Shown: positions 16,620 through 27,893 of the stretch, one piece after another
Layout: the number at the start of each line of letters is the position of its first letter
How positions within the stretch are numbered: the stretch's first letter is position 1
From: Pseudomonadota bacterium
GTDB lineage: Bacteria > Pseudomonadota > Gammaproteobacteria > Burkholderiales > JABEVD01
Assembly: GCA_021802655.1 (NCBI GenBank)
Contig: JAJZRP010000005.1
Coordinates: 1-63,610, forward strand
Reading direction: 5' to 3'
DNA length: 63,610 nucleotides
Translations under genes and position numbers: made by a program
Notes under the pieces: generated by a model
Databases searched by the model: none
Told to the model about the DNA's origin: nothing
Seen by the model: the letters and a program-made list of their open reading frames with translations, nothing else

Positions 16620-17570
16620 TTATTTCTTTGCGGATGGCGTTTCTGCGGCATTTCTGGTCAGCGTATCAGTAGTGACCTTGGTATGGCTGTCCACGTTGTT
16701 CACGCTTTCGTTGGAAGTGATGGCATCTTCGGTTTTCTTGTTCATGACGATGATGCTGATGCGACGGTTGATGGGATTGTAGGGGTTGTCCTTGTCGATC
16801 GGCACTGCGGACGCGAGGCCGACAACGCGCAACATCTTGCTTCCGTCCATTCCTCCCTTGATCAATTCCCTGCGCGAAGCATTCGCCCTGTCCGCAGAGA
16901 GTTCCCAGTTGCTGTAACTTTTGTCGCCGCCGCTGTAGGGCGTTGCGTCGGTATGGCCGGACAGGCTGATCCTGTTCGGTACGCCATTCAGGGTCTTGCC
17001 GATTTCGTCCAGGATGGCTTTCGTATAGGGCTGAAGTACCGTGCTGCCGAGGTCGAACATGGGCCTGTTCTTGGCATCGACAATCTGGATTCTGAGCCCT
17101 TCGCTGGTTATGTCGATGAGGAGCTGGTCCTTGAATTTCTTCAGTTCGGGGTTGGAGTCGATCGCCTTCTCCAGGGTGCTCTTGAGGGCTTTCAGCTTCT
17201 CCTCTTCCTGCTGTTCAAGCGCCGCCTTGGCATCTTTCAGATTGATTTTTTTCTGCTTGACCTCGATGTCCCCATACTTGACCTGTCCGGAGGCTCGCGT
17301 CAGATCCTGCCCTCCACCCTTGATGATGCTGGAGCTGTCGCCGGTACCCTGGCCGCCCATAAGCGCAATTTTGAGCGGCGTCTGGAAGTATTCTGCTATC
17401 CCTTTCAGGTTACCCGCCGTGGTCGAGCCCAGCAGCCACATCAGCAGAAAGAATGCCATCATTGCCGTGACGAAGTCGGCATAGGCGATTTTCCAGGCGC
17501 CGCCGTGATGACCCCCGCCGCCCTTCTTGATGCGCTTGATGATAATCGGGCGCTGGGAATCGTCGCTCAT
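16620..17570 (-). CDS. motB: Flagellar stator protein MotB
   Basis: WKIAYADFVTAMMAFF TM helix with conserved Asp; OmpA-like GHTD, NWELS, NRRI. Confidence 0.96.
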   Translation of the reverse strand: MSDDSQRPIIIKRIKKGGGGHHGGAWKIAYADFVTAMMAFFLLMWLLGSTTAGNLKGIAEYFQTPLKIALMGGQGTGDSSSIIKGGGQDLTRASGQVKYGDIEVKQKKINLKDAKAALEQQEEEKLKALKSTLEKAIDSNPELKKFKDQLLIDITSEGLRIQIVDAKNRPMFDLGSTVLQPYTKAILDEIGKTLNGVPNRISLSGHTDATPYSGGDKSYSNWELSADRANASRRELIKGGMDGSKMLRVVGLASAVPIDKDNPYNPINRRISIIVMNKKTEDAITSNESVNNVDSHTKVTTDTLTRNAAETPSAKK

Positions 17571-17592
17571 TCACTATGCCTTGGAAGGGACT

Positions 17593-18453
17593 TTATTTCG
17601 ATTTGCTTTTCTTGACATGCTCTTCAAGTTCGCTGAAGGTCGGGCGTTCGGTCGAGTTGAGCACTTTTCTGCCGAATTCGACGGCCAGTGCCGGCGCATA
17701 GCCGTTCAGGCTGGCAAGCAGCGTGACGCGCATGCATTGCAGCAGCTTGCTCGATTCGTTCACTTTTTGCTCAAGCAGGCCGGAAAGCGGGCTAACGAAC
17801 CCGTAAGAGAGCAGAATGCCAAGGAAAGTGCCGACCAGCGCATGGGCGATCAGGAGACCGAGTTCCCTCGGAGGAATGCCGACGGATTCCATGGTGTGAA
17901 CCACCCCCATGACAGCGGCGACGATACCGAAAGCGGGCAAGCCTTCGCCGATTTTCCCCAGGATGTGGGCCGGCGCAAGTTCCTCATGGTGGTGCGTTTC
18001 GATTTCAACATCCATCAGGTTCTCGATTTCGAACGAGTTCAGATTTCCGCCGACCATGATGCGCAGATAGTCGGTCAGGAACTCGATGGCATGGTGGTCG
18101 CTGAGAATCCTGGGATATTTGGAAAAAAGGGGGCTGCTCTTCGGATTGTCGACATCCCCTTCAATCGACATCAATCCTTCCTTCCTGATTTTGGAAAGGA
18201 TCTCGTACAGGAGCGCCATCAGCTCCATGTACAATGCCTTGTTGTATTTTGAGCCCTTGAAAACGGCAGGGAGCGCTTTCAAGGTGGCTTTGATGGCTTT
18301 CCCCGAGTTGCCTACCACGAAGGCGCCGCCGGCGGCTCCGGCGATCATGAGCAGTTCGATTGGCTGGAGCAGTGCCCCAAGATGCCCGCCAGCAATCGCA
18401 AATCCCCCGAAAACGCTTGCCAGGATGATGACATAACCGACTATGACCAGCAT
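17593..18453 (-). CDS. motA: Flagellar stator protein MotA
   Basis: RKEGLMSIE, PAFGIVAAVMG, ALVGTFLGILLSYG, EFGRK. Confidence 0.96.
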   Translation of the reverse strand: MLVIVGYVIILASVFGGFAIAGGHLGALLQPIELLMIAGAAGGAFVVGNSGKAIKATLKALPAVFKGSKYNKALYMELMALLYEILSKIRKEGLMSIEGDVDNPKSSPLFSKYPRILSDHHAIEFLTDYLRIMVGGNLNSFEIENLMDVEIETHHHEELAPAHILGKIGEGLPAFGIVAAVMGVVHTMESVGIPPRELGLLIAHALVGTFLGILLSYGFVSPLSGLLEQKVNESSKLLQCMRVTLLASLNGYAPALAVEFGRKVLNSTERPTFSELEEHVKKSKSK

Positions 18454-18577
18454 TGCTCAATCTCTCCTGAAGGCTTGATAAAGGGGGGGGTTCTTCAAGT
18501 TAGTACAATAGTCATCGCAATATACTGCGAGTTATGATAACCAAAACTTGCTGCTTGCGCCATCCTTTGAGCTATAT

Positions 18578-19375
18578 TCAAAGTTTGAGTTTTTCGGTCA
18601 GGTAAGGTGAAATCGTTTGCAGAAGCTGTCCGAAAATTTTCGGCGAGCCCGCCACGATATGTCCATTTTTCAAATAATTGGCTTCTCCATGCAGGTCACC
18701 GACGAGTCCGCCGGCTTCCGTTATCAGGAGGGTGCCCGCTGCAATATCCCAGGGGCTCAGACTGAATTCCCAAAAACCGTCGAACCTTCCGGCCGCGACC
18801 GAGGCGAGATCGAGCGCGGCAGAACCCGGACGGCGGATACCGGAAGTCTTTTGCACCAGTTCGCGGAATATGGCGAGATAGGCGTCCAGATGGTCGAAAT
18901 TCCTGAAGGGAAATCCTGTGCCGATCAGGGCGTCTTCCAGGCGGGTTCTTTTGGATACCCTGATCCTTCTGTCGTTGAGGAACGCTCCTCCCCCCCTGGT
19001 TGCCGTGAAAAGATCGTTGTGCACGGGATCGAATACCACGGCTTGCGTGATCAGCCCCTTGTGAGACAGTGCAATGGAAACGGAATATTGCGGAAATCCA
19101 TGAAGGAAGTTGGTCGTGCCGTCTAGCGGATCGATGATCCACTGGAATTCCGAATCGCCTTGAGTGCCGCTTTCTTCTGCTAGAATGGCGTGGTTCGGAT
19201 AGGAATCCGTGATGATTTCCAGAATGGCTGCTTCGGCGGCTTTGTCCACTTCGCTCACGAAGTCGTTGTAGGACTTGTGCTCGACTTTGAGCAGATCAAG
19301 ATTCTGGGATGCGCGGTTGATGATCGATCCGGCACGACGTGCAGCCTTGACTGCGGTGTTGAGCATGGGGTGCAT
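18578..19375 (-). CDS. suhB: Inositol monophosphatase family protein SuhB
   Basis: [25 protein letters not shown]; likely start MHPMLN at 19375. Confidence 0.94.
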   Translation of the reverse strand: MHPMLNTAVKAARRAGSIINRASQNLDLLKVEHKSYNDFVSEVDKAAEAAILEIITDSYPNHAILAEESGTQGDSEFQWIIDPLDGTTNFLHGFPQYSVSIALSHKGLITQAVVFDPVHNDLFTATRGGGAFLNDRRIRVSKRTRLEDALIGTGFPFRNFDHLDAYLAIFRELVQKTSGIRRPGSAALDLASVAAGRFDGFWEFSLSPWDIAAGTLLITEAGGLVGDLHGEANYLKNGHIVAGSPKIFGQLLQTISPYLTEKLKL

Positions 19376-19456
19376 GGTGCGTGTCTCTAAGGGTTCTGTA
19401 AACTGCGACATTCTATCAGGTTACGCATTAAAATTTGCTTTCAAGTTGTAGGGAAG

Positions 19457-20209
19457 ATGGGGACTGTGGGCCACAGATTTGAAAATATACGCATCGTGCT
19501 GTGCAGGCCGACGCACCCAGGGAATATAGGGGCGTCGGCCCGCGCCATGAAGACGATGGGGCTTTCACGCCTCTATCTGGTTTCACCGAAACATTTCCCC
19601 CATCCTGAAGCCACCGCACGCGCTTCCGGTGCCGAGGATGTTCTGGAAAAAAGCGTGGTTTGCGAAACGCTCGACGATGCGCTCATCGGTGCTCAACTGA
19701 TGGTTGCGGTGACGGCAAGGCCGCGAGACCTTTCTCACGAAGTGCATGACCCGCGCGGCGCTGCACGCATCCTTCTCGATGAGGCTGTCCGGAGCGAAGT
19801 CGCGCTGGTTTTCGGAACGGAAATGTCAGGCCTCACGACCGAAGAAATCGGAAAATGCCAGGTCATTTCGACCATTCCTGCGAACCCGGCCTATTCTTCG
19901 CTGAATCTGGCTTCTGCCGTTCAGGTCATGGCCTACGAGTTGAAAATGACCCTTCCAGAGGAAATGAATCCGTCCGGAAAAGCGCTCGACCTCGCAACTT
20001 TCGAAGAAATCGAACATTTTTATCAGCATTTGGAAAAGACTTTGGTTAAGATTGGATTTCTCGATCCCGAAGAGCCGAAAAGATTGATGCAAAGAATGCG
20101 CAGGCTGTTTGCAAGGAGCCGCCTTGAAAAGACGGAAGTGAACATCCTCAGGGGAATTTTGCGAGATTTGTCGAAGTATTCGCCAGATACAGGTAATGAA
20201 ATTGTTTGA
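19457..20209 (+). CDS. trmJ: tRNA (cytidine32/uridine32-2'-O)-methyltransferase
   Basis: [28 protein letters not shown]; divergent from suhB. Confidence 0.92.
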   Translation: MGTVGHRFENIRIVLCRPTHPGNIGASARAMKTMGLSRLYLVSPKHFPHPEATARASGAEDVLEKSVVCETLDDALIGAQLMVAVTARPRDLSHEVHDPRGAARILLDEAVRSEVALVFGTEMSGLTTEEIGKCQVISTIPANPAYSSLNLASAVQVMAYELKMTLPEEMNPSGKALDLATFEEIEHFYQHLEKTLVKIGFLDPEEPKRLMQRMRRLFARSRLEKTEVNILRGILRDLSKYSPDTGNEIV

Positions 20210-20954
20210 GTCCATGAAGGAAGACATCCGGGTCGTATTCGAACGCGACCCTGCGGCACGCACCCGATGGGAGGTGATCACCTGCTATCCGGGTTTTCAT
20301 GCCATTCTGATTCACAGGTTGTCCCGTCGTCTGTGGCATGCCGGGCTGAAATGGCTGGCGAGGTTCGCTGCGCATCTTGGACGCTGGCTTACCGGAATCG
20401 AAATCCATCCCGGCGCAAAAATTGGCAGGCGGGTATTCATCGATCACGGCATGGGGGTTGTGATCGGCGAAACAGCTGAAATCGGAGACGATTCCACTCT
20501 TTACCATGGCGTCACCCTGGGAGGAACATCCTGGAATGAAGGCAAACGCCATCCGACTTTGGGCAGGGGAGTCATTGTCGGGGCAGGCGCCAAGATACTC
20601 GGCCCGATCCGAATCGGTGACGGAGCCAAGATCGGATCCAATGCCGTTGTTGTCAAGGATGTTCCGGATGGTGCGACTGCCGTGGGTATTCCGGCAAGAA
20701 TCCTTGATGAATCCAAGCAGCAGGTGCGGGAGAAGAAGGCTGAGAAAATGGGTTTTAGCGCCTATGCCATCGGGGACGACATGAACGATCCGATTGCCAA
20801 GGCTATACATGGCTTGATCGACCACAGCGTCGCCAGCGACCACAAGATCGAGCTGATACTCCAGTATCTCGAAAAAATGGGCATCCATACCGAAGAAGCC
20901 AAGGCCACAGCCGACAGTTTCGATCCGAAATACCTCAACAAAATAGTTGACTGA
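20196..20954 (+). CDS. cysE: Serine O-acetyltransferase
   Basis: [28 protein letters not shown]. Confidence 0.96.
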   Translation: MKLFESMKEDIRVVFERDPAARTRWEVITCYPGFHAILIHRLSRRLWHAGLKWLARFAAHLGRWLTGIEIHPGAKIGRRVFIDHGMGVVIGETAEIGDDSTLYHGVTLGGTSWNEGKRHPTLGRGVIVGAGAKILGPIRIGDGAKIGSNAVVVKDVPDGATAVGIPARILDESKQQVREKKAEKMGFSAYAIGDDMNDPIAKAIHGLIDHSVASDHKIELILQYLEKMGIHTEEAKATADSFDPKYLNKIVD

Positions 20955-20996
20955 TTTTTTAAACTTGCTATATAGTTGACCAAAGACATCGGGTAT
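20943..20996 (+). promoter_or_regulatory. Two tandem IscR type-1-like operators upstream of iscR
   Basis: ATAGTTGACTGATTTTTTAAACTTG (20943-20967) and ATAGTTGACCAAAGACATCGGGTAT (20972-20996). The second closely matches the 25-bp IscR type-1 box, and iscR autoregulation is established. Confidence 0.75.
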
Positions 20997-21025
20997 GATC
21001 CGGTCGTCAACCATACGGAGCAAAC

Positions 21026-21472
21026 ATGAGATTAACCACGAAAGGCCGCTTTGCCGTGACGGCCATGGTCGATTTGGCCATCCATTCCGACGGTGCGCCG
21101 GTAACATTGGCCGGAGTAAGCGAACGTCAACTGATCTCCCTGTCCTACCTCGAGCAGTTGTTCGGCAGGCTGAGGCGTCATGGTCTTGTCGAGAGCGTGA
21201 GAGGCCCCGGCGGGGGATATTGCATTGCCAAGCCGCTGGACCAAATTTCGGTTGCGAAAATCATTTTGGCTGTCGATGAACCGCTCGATGCGACCAAGTG
21301 CGGCGGGAAAGCAAACTGCAAGGCCAACGGACCCTGCCTCACCCATAATCTCTGGACCGACCTGACCGACCAGATCTACAGCTACCTCGAGTCGATTACG
21401 CTGGATCAGTTGATTTACGGCGGGGATGCGCCGGTACGGGATGAAATGCGGGTGATGCTCGCGCCTGCCTGA
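21026..21472 (+). CDS. iscR: Fe-S cluster assembly transcription factor IscR (Rrf2 family)
   Basis: MRLTTKGRFAVTAM, SYLEQLF, SVRGPGGGY, C-x5-C-x5-C-x2-H ligands. Confidence 0.93.
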   Translation: MRLTTKGRFAVTAMVDLAIHSDGAPVTLAGVSERQLISLSYLEQLFGRLRRHGLVESVRGPGGGYCIAKPLDQISVAKIILAVDEPLDATKCGGKANCKANGPCLTHNLWTDLTDQIYSYLESITLDQLIYGGDAPVRDEMRVMLAPA

Positions 21473-22608
21473 TGCCGGTTTATCTGGATTACAATGCCAC
21501 GACGCCGGTGGGGGAGGAAGTTCTGGATGCGATGCTCCCCCATCTCCGAACAGGTTTTGGAAATCCTTCGAGCAGTCACACCTTCGGCAGGGCCGCGAAA
21601 GAAGCTGTCCACAATGCCAGAAGCCAGGTTGCAGAGGCTGTCGGCTGCCAAAGTTCCCAAGTTGTTTTCACGAGCGGCGGGAGCGAGGCCAACAACCTGT
21701 TCGTCAAGGGTGCGGCAGGATACCTGAAGCCTGCCACGATTGCGATCAGTTCGATAGAACATCCCAGCATCATGAAGCCCGCCGCCTCATTGACCCGATC
21801 CGGCTGGCTGTTGCGCAAAATCTCGGTTGATGCTGATGGCTTGCTCGACATGGGGGATGCCGAAAGTGCGCTTTCGAGCCCATCCAGCATGGTTTCGGTG
21901 ATATTGGCCAACAATGAGACGGGCATCATCCAGGATGTGGCGAAAGTGGCTGAAATGGCCCGCTCCAGCGGGGCATGGATGCATACCGATGCGGTTCAGG
22001 CTTTCGGCAAGATTCCTCTGGATTTCTCTTCCCTTGGCGTGCATGCCATGACGATTTCGGCTCACAAGATTTACGGCCCGAAAGGCGTGGGGGCCTTGAT
22101 CGTGGACAAACGCCTTGCCCTGATGCCCCTTGTCGAAGGGGGGGGGCAGGAATCGGGCTTGCGTTCTGGAACCGAGAATGTTGCTGCCATCGTCGGTTTC
22201 GGCGTTGCCGCCATGCTTGCCAAAACCCGTATCCTGGACTACGCGCGACATGTCGAATACCTGAAGAAAAAACTTGAAAGCGCACTGCTGGACATGGGAG
22301 CGGTTCTTTTTTCCAGAGGCGTGCCATGCCTGCCAAACACGGCCTACTTCTCCTTTGCCGGTATCGATGGCGGCACCCTTGTCCTTGAGATGGATCGCGC
22401 GGGCTTTGCCATCGCAAGCGGTTCGGCCTGTTCCAGCGGTGCGACGGAGCCGAGCGAGACGCTTCTCGCCATGGGGGTGTCGCCCGATCTGGCGCGAGGG
22501 GCGGTGAGGGTGAGCCTGGGGGCAGGGAGCCATGATTCCCATGTGGCTGATTTTGTCGCTGCACTGAAAGCTGCGCTCCGGCGTCTTTCCGGTATGGCTG
22601 CCATATAG
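21472..22608 (+). CDS. Cysteine desulfurase (NifS/IscS-like, group I)
   Basis: YLDYNATTP, SAHKIYGPKG PLP lysine, SGSACSS catalytic Cys; lacks the IscS C-terminal tail. Confidence 0.92.
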   Translation: MPVYLDYNATTPVGEEVLDAMLPHLRTGFGNPSSSHTFGRAAKEAVHNARSQVAEAVGCQSSQVVFTSGGSEANNLFVKGAAGYLKPATIAISSIEHPSIMKPAASLTRSGWLLRKISVDADGLLDMGDAESALSSPSSMVSVILANNETGIIQDVAKVAEMARSSGAWMHTDAVQAFGKIPLDFSSLGVHAMTISAHKIYGPKGVGALIVDKRLALMPLVEGGGQESGLRSGTENVAAIVGFGVAAMLAKTRILDYARHVEYLKKKLESALLDMGAVLFSRGVPCLPNTAYFSFAGIDGGTLVLEMDRAGFAIASGSACSSGATEPSETLLAMGVSPDLARGAVRVSLGAGSHDSHVADFVAALKAALRRLSGMAAI

Positions 22609-22611
22609 CTT

Positions 22612-25170
22612 TCAGGCCTGCAATTCTTCCAGAAGCGCAGTTTCGATGCGGATCAATGTCCTAGGGTTTTCCAGCAGAGAACCCGAAACCAGAAAAGTGT
22701 CTTCGGCGCGCTCGCCGAGCGTGCTGATTCTTGCGCTATGGACACTGATATGGTTGTCCTTCAGCGTTCTTGCAATCCTGGACAGCAACCCGGGACGATC
22801 GCCGGCGATGATCGAAAGCACGCGATAAATGCCTTTTTCGTCGGGGACGATGTTGACCTGCGGCGGTATCGGGAAATGCTTCAGGTGTCGGCTCAGGCGG
22901 CTTTGAATCGGTGCTTCCAGGGGTTTTTTTTGAACCAGCCTCTGCTCCAGTTCGAATTCAATGAAGCTGATCAGGTCGCGGTATTGTTCGACTTTCCGCT
23001 CGGGGTCGAGCACCAGAAAACTGTTCAAACAATAGCCGTGTCGGGTCGTGTGTATTCTGGCTTCGGCGATGTTGTAGCCGATGCGCTCGAAAAAACCGCT
23101 GATCTGCGCAAAGAGATCGGGCTGGTTCTCCGCATAGATCATGACTTGCAGGCCTTCTCCTACAGGGCTCAATCTTGCCCTGACGACGGGTGTGCCCGTG
23201 TCGACCCGGTTGTAGAGAATGCGCGCATGCCAAGCGATTTCGTTGGCGTCGTGCTGCAAAAAATAGCTCATTTCGAGCTTCGACCAGAGATTCTGCTGAC
23301 TGTCCCTGGGCATGGCATATAGTTGTAACAGCCTGACGGCCTCGATCTGGCGTTTCTGGAAGTTGCCGATCGAGGAGGGTTTGTCCCCTCTCAGGCAGCG
23401 CTGCGCCGCTCTGAAGAGATCTTCCAGCAGTTTTTCCTTCCAGGCATTCCACACCTTCGGGCTGGTCCCCCTGATGTCCGCCACCGTAAGCAGATAGAGC
23501 GCCGAAAGCTGTCTTTCCGTACTCACTCTGGCAGCGAAATTTGCAATGACGTCCGGATCGGATAAATCCATTTTCTGGGCAGTGGATGACATGATCAGAT
23601 GCTTTTCGACAAGATCTCCCACCAATGCCGCATCGGCCTCGCTCAAGCCATGCTGCCTGCAAAAGATCAGGGCGTCGCGTTTTCCGAGCTTCGAATGGTC
23701 TCCACCGCGGCCTTTTGCGATGTCATGGAAGAGTCCGGCGAGATAAAGCACTTCGGGATGTTCGAACTCGTTGATCAGTCTGCTGCAAAGGGGATATTCG
23801 TGGGCATATTCCGTCATTTTGAAGCGCCTCAGGTTGCGCACCACCTTGAGGATGTGCTCGTCCACCGTGTAGACGTGGAAGAGATCGTGCTGCATGCGTC
23901 CCACGATGCGGCCGAAAGCCGGGATGTATTTTCCCAGCACGCCGTACTGATTCATGCGCTGCAGGGCATGCGAGACTCCTCTGGGTTCGCGCAGGATCTG
24001 CATGAAAAATTCACGGTTCTTTTCATCCCTGCGGAATTTGGCGTCGATTTTCGAGGTGGCTCTCCAAAGAGCGCGCAATGTCTCTGAACTGATGCCCTTG
24101 AGTTCGGGGTGACGCTCGATCAGCAGAAAGCATTCGAGAATGGCACTGGGTTGGTCCGTGAAAAGCGATTCGCTGCGCGCTGCGAGCAAATCGCCTCTGG
24201 CCTCGAAGCGCTCATTGATGACAGCCCGCGCAACCGGCGAAGAAGTGAATATGCTGGTGCGCATGTTTTGCAGCAAAATGGTGTTGAGCTGGGAAACCGA
24301 TTTGGCTATACGGTAATAATTTTGCATCAACTGCTCGCTTGCGCGGCGAGAGCGTTTTTCCTCGTATCCGAGTTCGGTTGCGAGCACCGTCTGGTAATCG
24401 AACAGGAGTCTGTCCTCCCTGCGTGCGGCAAGGTAATGCAGACGGATGCGCAGATTCTCAAGAAAAGCCTGATGACGCGCTATACGCCTGGCTTCATTCT
24501 TCGTGATGATGCCGTTTCTTGCCAGATCGTTCCACGAGGAGCCCAGGTTGCAGGCCTTGCCAATCCAGATCAGGGTCTGGAGATCCCTGAGCCCGCCGGG
24601 ACTTTCCTTCAGATTGGGTTCCAGGTTGTGCGAGGTGTCGTGGAGGCGCATGTGGCGCTGCTGCTGCTCGAGTTCTTTCGCGTTGAAAAATGCCTTGCAA
24701 TCGATCGATGCGCGCAATCCCACGGTAAAGGACTGGTACAGTTTCCGGCTGCCTGCAAGGAGCCTTGCTTCGAGCATGTTGGTTTGCACCGTGACATCCT
24801 TCGCAGCTTCGATCGCGCACTCTTCCAAAGTGCGCACGCTGTGCCCGACGTCGAGGCCGGAATCCCACAGGAGGCCCACGAGGTGCTCCAGTTTTGCGGC
24901 TGTATCCGGATCTGCCTGTTTTTCGAGCAGGATCAAAAGATCGATATCGGAATGAGGGAAGAGGACTTTGCGCCCGTATCCGCCGACTGCCAGCAGGGCG
25001 GCATCAGCCGGAAGGGAAATGCCATTCCAGGCGGCTTTCAGGATGCGGTCGACAAGATGGCTGAGGTTTCCAGGGAGAGTTGAAGAACGTTCGTCCTGCC
25101 GGAATTTTTCCTGAAGGGATTTTTTTCCTTCGGCCAGCTCCAGCTTGATTTCATTCGATGCCAGGTTCAA
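22612..25170 (-). CDS. glnD: [Protein-PII] uridylyltransferase
   Basis: AVGGYGR..PHSDIDL, PGGLRD, HD domain (FHDIAKGRGGDHS), two ACT domains. Confidence 0.97.
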   Translation of the reverse strand: MNLASNEIKLELAEGKKSLQEKFRQDERSSTLPGNLSHLVDRILKAAWNGISLPADAALLAVGGYGRKVLFPHSDIDLLILLEKQADPDTAAKLEHLVGLLWDSGLDVGHSVRTLEECAIEAAKDVTVQTNMLEARLLAGSRKLYQSFTVGLRASIDCKAFFNAKELEQQQRHMRLHDTSHNLEPNLKESPGGLRDLQTLIWIGKACNLGSSWNDLARNGIITKNEARRIARHQAFLENLRIRLHYLAARREDRLLFDYQTVLATELGYEEKRSRRASEQLMQNYYRIAKSVSQLNTILLQNMRTSIFTSSPVARAVINERFEARGDLLAARSESLFTDQPSAILECFLLIERHPELKGISSETLRALWRATSKIDAKFRRDEKNREFFMQILREPRGVSHALQRMNQYGVLGKYIPAFGRIVGRMQHDLFHVYTVDEHILKVVRNLRRFKMTEYAHEYPLCSRLINEFEHPEVLYLAGLFHDIAKGRGGDHSKLGKRDALIFCRQHGLSEADAALVGDLVEKHLIMSSTAQKMDLSDPDVIANFAARVSTERQLSALYLLTVADIRGTSPKVWNAWKEKLLEDLFRAAQRCLRGDKPSSIGNFQKRQIEAVRLLQLYAMPRDSQQNLWSKLEMSYFLQHDANEIAWHARILYNRVDTGTPVVRARLSPVGEGLQVMIYAENQPDLFAQISGFFERIGYNIAEARIHTTRHGYCLNSFLVLDPERKVEQYRDLISFIEFELEQRLVQKKPLEAPIQSRLSRHLKHFPIPPQVNIVPDEKGIYRVLSIIAGDRPGLLSRIARTLKDNHISVHSARISTLGERAEDTFLVSGSLLENPRTLIRIETALLEELQA

Positions 25171-25172
25171 GG

Positions 25173-25961
25173 CTATATTCCAGGAGGGGAGCCAGACGAC
25201 AAGGTCAATACTTCATGTGCGGTTTCGGTAACCAGTATGGTGTGTTCCCATTGAGCGGAAAGGCTGTGATCCTTCGTGACCACTGTCCAGCCGTCGCCCA
25301 GATGCCGAATGGCAGCTTTTCCCGCATTGATCATGGGTTCAATGGTGAAAATCATTCCGGGGAGCAATGTCAGTCCGGTTCCCGCGTTGCCATAGTGCAG
25401 GACCTGGGGCTCCTCGTGGAATTTGACGCCTATGCCATGGCCGCAGTATTCCCTTACGACGCTATATCCGTTCTTCTCGGCATGTTTCTGAATGGCAGAA
25501 CCGATATCCCCGAGCCTGTTTCCCGGTTTAACCTGATGGATGCCGTGCCACATGCATTCATGACTGATTTCGCATAAACGCCTGGCATGAGGCGCCACTT
25601 CCCCGACGCAGAACATGCGGCTGGTATCCCCGTGGTAGCCATCCTTGATGACGGTGATGTCAATGTTCAGGATATCGCCATTTTTGAGAACCTTATCCCC
25701 GGGAACGCCGTGGCAAATCTGATGATTGATGGATGTGCAGATCGATTTCGGGTAGGGTCTGTGCCCGGGCGGTGCGTAATTGAGCGGCGCGGGAATCGTT
25801 TTCTGGACGTTCACCATGTAATCGTGACAGAGCCGATCCAGCTCTCCAGTGGTGATCCCGGCTTTCACAAAAGGTTCGATATAATCCAGGACTTCGGCAG
25901 CAAGCCGCCCCGAGATGCGCATTTTTTCGATTTCCTGCTGGCTTTTAATGCTTACTGTCAT
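25173..25961 (-). CDS. map: Methionine aminopeptidase type I
   Basis: CHGVP, DITV, HGDTS, GHGIG, FHEEP, EPMIN, WEHT. Confidence 0.97.
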   Translation of the reverse strand: MTVSIKSQQEIEKMRISGRLAAEVLDYIEPFVKAGITTGELDRLCHDYMVNVQKTIPAPLNYAPPGHRPYPKSICTSINHQICHGVPGDKVLKNGDILNIDITVIKDGYHGDTSRMFCVGEVAPHARRLCEISHECMWHGIHQVKPGNRLGDIGSAIQKHAEKNGYSVVREYCGHGIGVKFHEEPQVLHYGNAGTGLTLLPGMIFTIEPMINAGKAAIRHLGDGWTVVTKDHSLSAQWEHTILVTETAHEVLTLSSGSPPGI

Positions 25962-26128
25962 GTGTGTTTTCCTGCCGGACGAGATTCGGCAGTGGAGCCT
26001 TTAAATTTTCGAGCATATCGAATAGTTGTCTTCAAGGCAATCCGCCAGCGCATGGTTTTTGTTGAGAAATCAGCATGCGGGATGTTACAATTGCGAAATC
26101 AGTTCGGAGGGGGATTCCCAACGTCTGA

Positions 26129-26207
26129 AATTCGCACACTCGTCCTGCAGGGTGCCCGATATCGGGTCGTTGGACGGGTGGAAGTCATAACCCTAATGGA
26201 GAATTCA
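26129..26207 (+). ncRNA. rpsB leader (t44-like cis-regulatory RNA); boundaries approximate
   Basis: CGCACAC..GGGTG..hairpin..GTGGAAG..TAACCC immediately upstream of rpsB, resembling the conserved S2 autoregulatory leader. Confidence 0.65.
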
Positions 26208-26951
26208 ATGTCGGTTACAATGCGTCAAATGCTGGAGGCGGGTGTCCATTTCGGGCATCAAACCCGTTACTGGAATCCGAAAATGGCTCCCTACATTTTC
26301 GGGCATCGCAACAAGATCCATATCGTCAATCTCGAGAAAACCCTGGCGATGTACCAGGATGCGATGAAATATGTGCGCCAGCTTGCATCCAGCAAGGGAA
26401 CGATACTGTTCGTCGGCACCAAGCGGCAGGCTCGCGAGATTGTCAAGGAAGAAGCCGCACGCTGCGGCAGCCCGTATGTCGATCATCGCTGGCTTGGCGG
26501 AATGCTGACCAACTTCAAGACGGTCAAGCAATCGATCAAGCGCCTGCATGACATGGAAGCCATGATGCAGGATGGGTCCATAGACAAGCTTTCCAAGAAG
26601 GAAGCGCTGGAGCTGCATCGTGAATACGAGAAACTTGAAAGGAGCCTCGGCGGAATCAAGGATATGCCGGGCCTTCCGGATGCGATTTTCGTGATCGATG
26701 TCGGGTATCAGAAGGGGACGATCGTGGAAGCCGCCAAGCTGGGCATTCCCGTGGTCGGAGTTGTCGATACCAACCACTCCCCCGATGGCGTCGCCTATGT
26801 CATTCCGGGCAACGACGATTCCAGCAGGGCGATACGTCTCTATGCAAGAGGGGTGGCCGATGCGATTCTGGAGGGCAGGAGCCAGGTCATCAAGGAACTG
26901 GTCAGCGACGAATTTGTCGAAGTGAGCGACCCGGCGGAGTCGGGCGAATAA
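26208..26951 (+). CDS. rpsB: 30S ribosomal protein S2
   Basis: [33 protein letters not shown]; true start ATG 26208 (the ORF track over-extends). Confidence 0.98.
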   Translation: MSVTMRQMLEAGVHFGHQTRYWNPKMAPYIFGHRNKIHIVNLEKTLAMYQDAMKYVRQLASSKGTILFVGTKRQAREIVKEEAARCGSPYVDHRWLGGMLTNFKTVKQSIKRLHDMEAMMQDGSIDKLSKKEALELHREYEKLERSLGGIKDMPGLPDAIFVIDVGYQKGTIVEAAKLGIPVVGVVDTNHSPDGVAYVIPGNDDSSRAIRLYARGVADAILEGRSQVIKELVSDEFVEVSDPAESGE

Positions 26952-26956
26952 TCCTG

Positions 26957-26982
26957 AAAAAAGGGGCGTGAGCCCCTTTTTT
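26957..26982 (+). terminator. Intrinsic terminator between rpsB and tsf
   Basis: AAAAAAGGGGC-GTGA-GCCCCTTTTTT. Confidence 0.85.
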
Positions 26983-27011
26983 AAACTTTTAATTTTCTGG
27001 GAGTTTTGGAA

Positions 27012-27893
27012 ATGGCGGAAATTACCGCAGGTATGGTCAAGGCGCTGCGCGAGTTGACCGGTCTTGGCATGATGGAGTGCAAAAAGGCGTTGAGTGAAAC
27101 GGACGGCGACATGAAGGCAGCCGAAGATTTGCTGCGTATCAAGAGTGGGGCGAAGGCGAGCAAGGCTGCTGGCAGGGTCACCGCAGAGGGCATGATAGGC
27201 GCCTTCGTCTCCGCCGACAAGAAGTCCGGTGCCCTGGTCGAACTCAATTGCGAAACCGACTTCGTTGCGAAGAACCAGGATTTTGTCGATTTCGCAAAAG
27301 CGCTTGCGGAGTTGGTGAGCAAAACCGGCCTGACCGATGTCGCAGCCCTATCCGGGAGCGAAATGGATGGCGGAAAGACTGTCGAAGCATTGCGTCAGGC
27401 ACTTGTCATGAAGCTCGGCGAGAACATCAGCGTCCGCAGAATGGTGCGCTTCCAGACCCAGGGCCAGCTTGCCTGTTATCTGCACGGTTCGAAAATCGGC
27501 GTGCTGGTCGATTATGCCGGAGCGGACGAAGCGCTGGGCAAGGATATTGCCATGCACATCGCTGCAAGCAAGCCGGTGTGCGTTTCAAAGGACGAGGTTC
27601 CGGCTGAACTTTTGGCGAAAGAGCGTGAAATTTATACTGCGCAGGCTGCCGAGAGCGGCAAGCCTGCCAATATCGTTGAGAAAATGGTCGATGGCAGGAT
27701 GGCCAAATATCTTGCCGAAATCACTTTGCTGGGCCAGCCTTTCGTGAAGGATCCGGATCAGACGGTGGAGAAATTGCTTGCGGCCAGGAAAGCGAAAGTC
27801 AACGCCTTCCAGATGTTCGTGGTTGGGGAGGGCATCGAAAAGGCATCCACCGATTTCGTCGCCGAGGTTATGGCCCAGGTGGGGCAATCTTGA
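27012..27893 (+). CDS. tsf: Elongation factor Ts
   Basis: [33 protein letters not shown]. Confidence 0.97.
   Translation: MAEITAGMVKALRELTGLGMMECKKALSETDGDMKAAEDLLRIKSGAKASKAAGRVTAEGMIGAFVSADKKSGALVELNCETDFVAKNQDFVDFAKALAELVSKTGLTDVAALSGSEMDGGKTVEALRQALVMKLGENISVRRMVRFQTQGQLACYLHGSKIGVLVDYAGADEALGKDIAMHIAASKPVCVSKDEVPAELLAKEREIYTAQAAESGKPANIVEKMVDGRMAKYLAEITLLGQPFVKDPDQTVEKLLAARKAKVNAFQMFVVGEGIEKASTDFVAEVMAQVGQS

Noticed and set aside
16620-18453. motAB as a Zorya (ZorAB) defence system
   Set aside because: MotA is normal length with no long ZorA tail, both proteins have canonical flagellar motifs, and no zorC/D/E is present.
25587-26207. N-terminal extension of RpsB in the ORF track
   Set aside because: It overlaps map on the opposite strand and the rpsB leader; the canonical start with GGAG RBS is at 26208.
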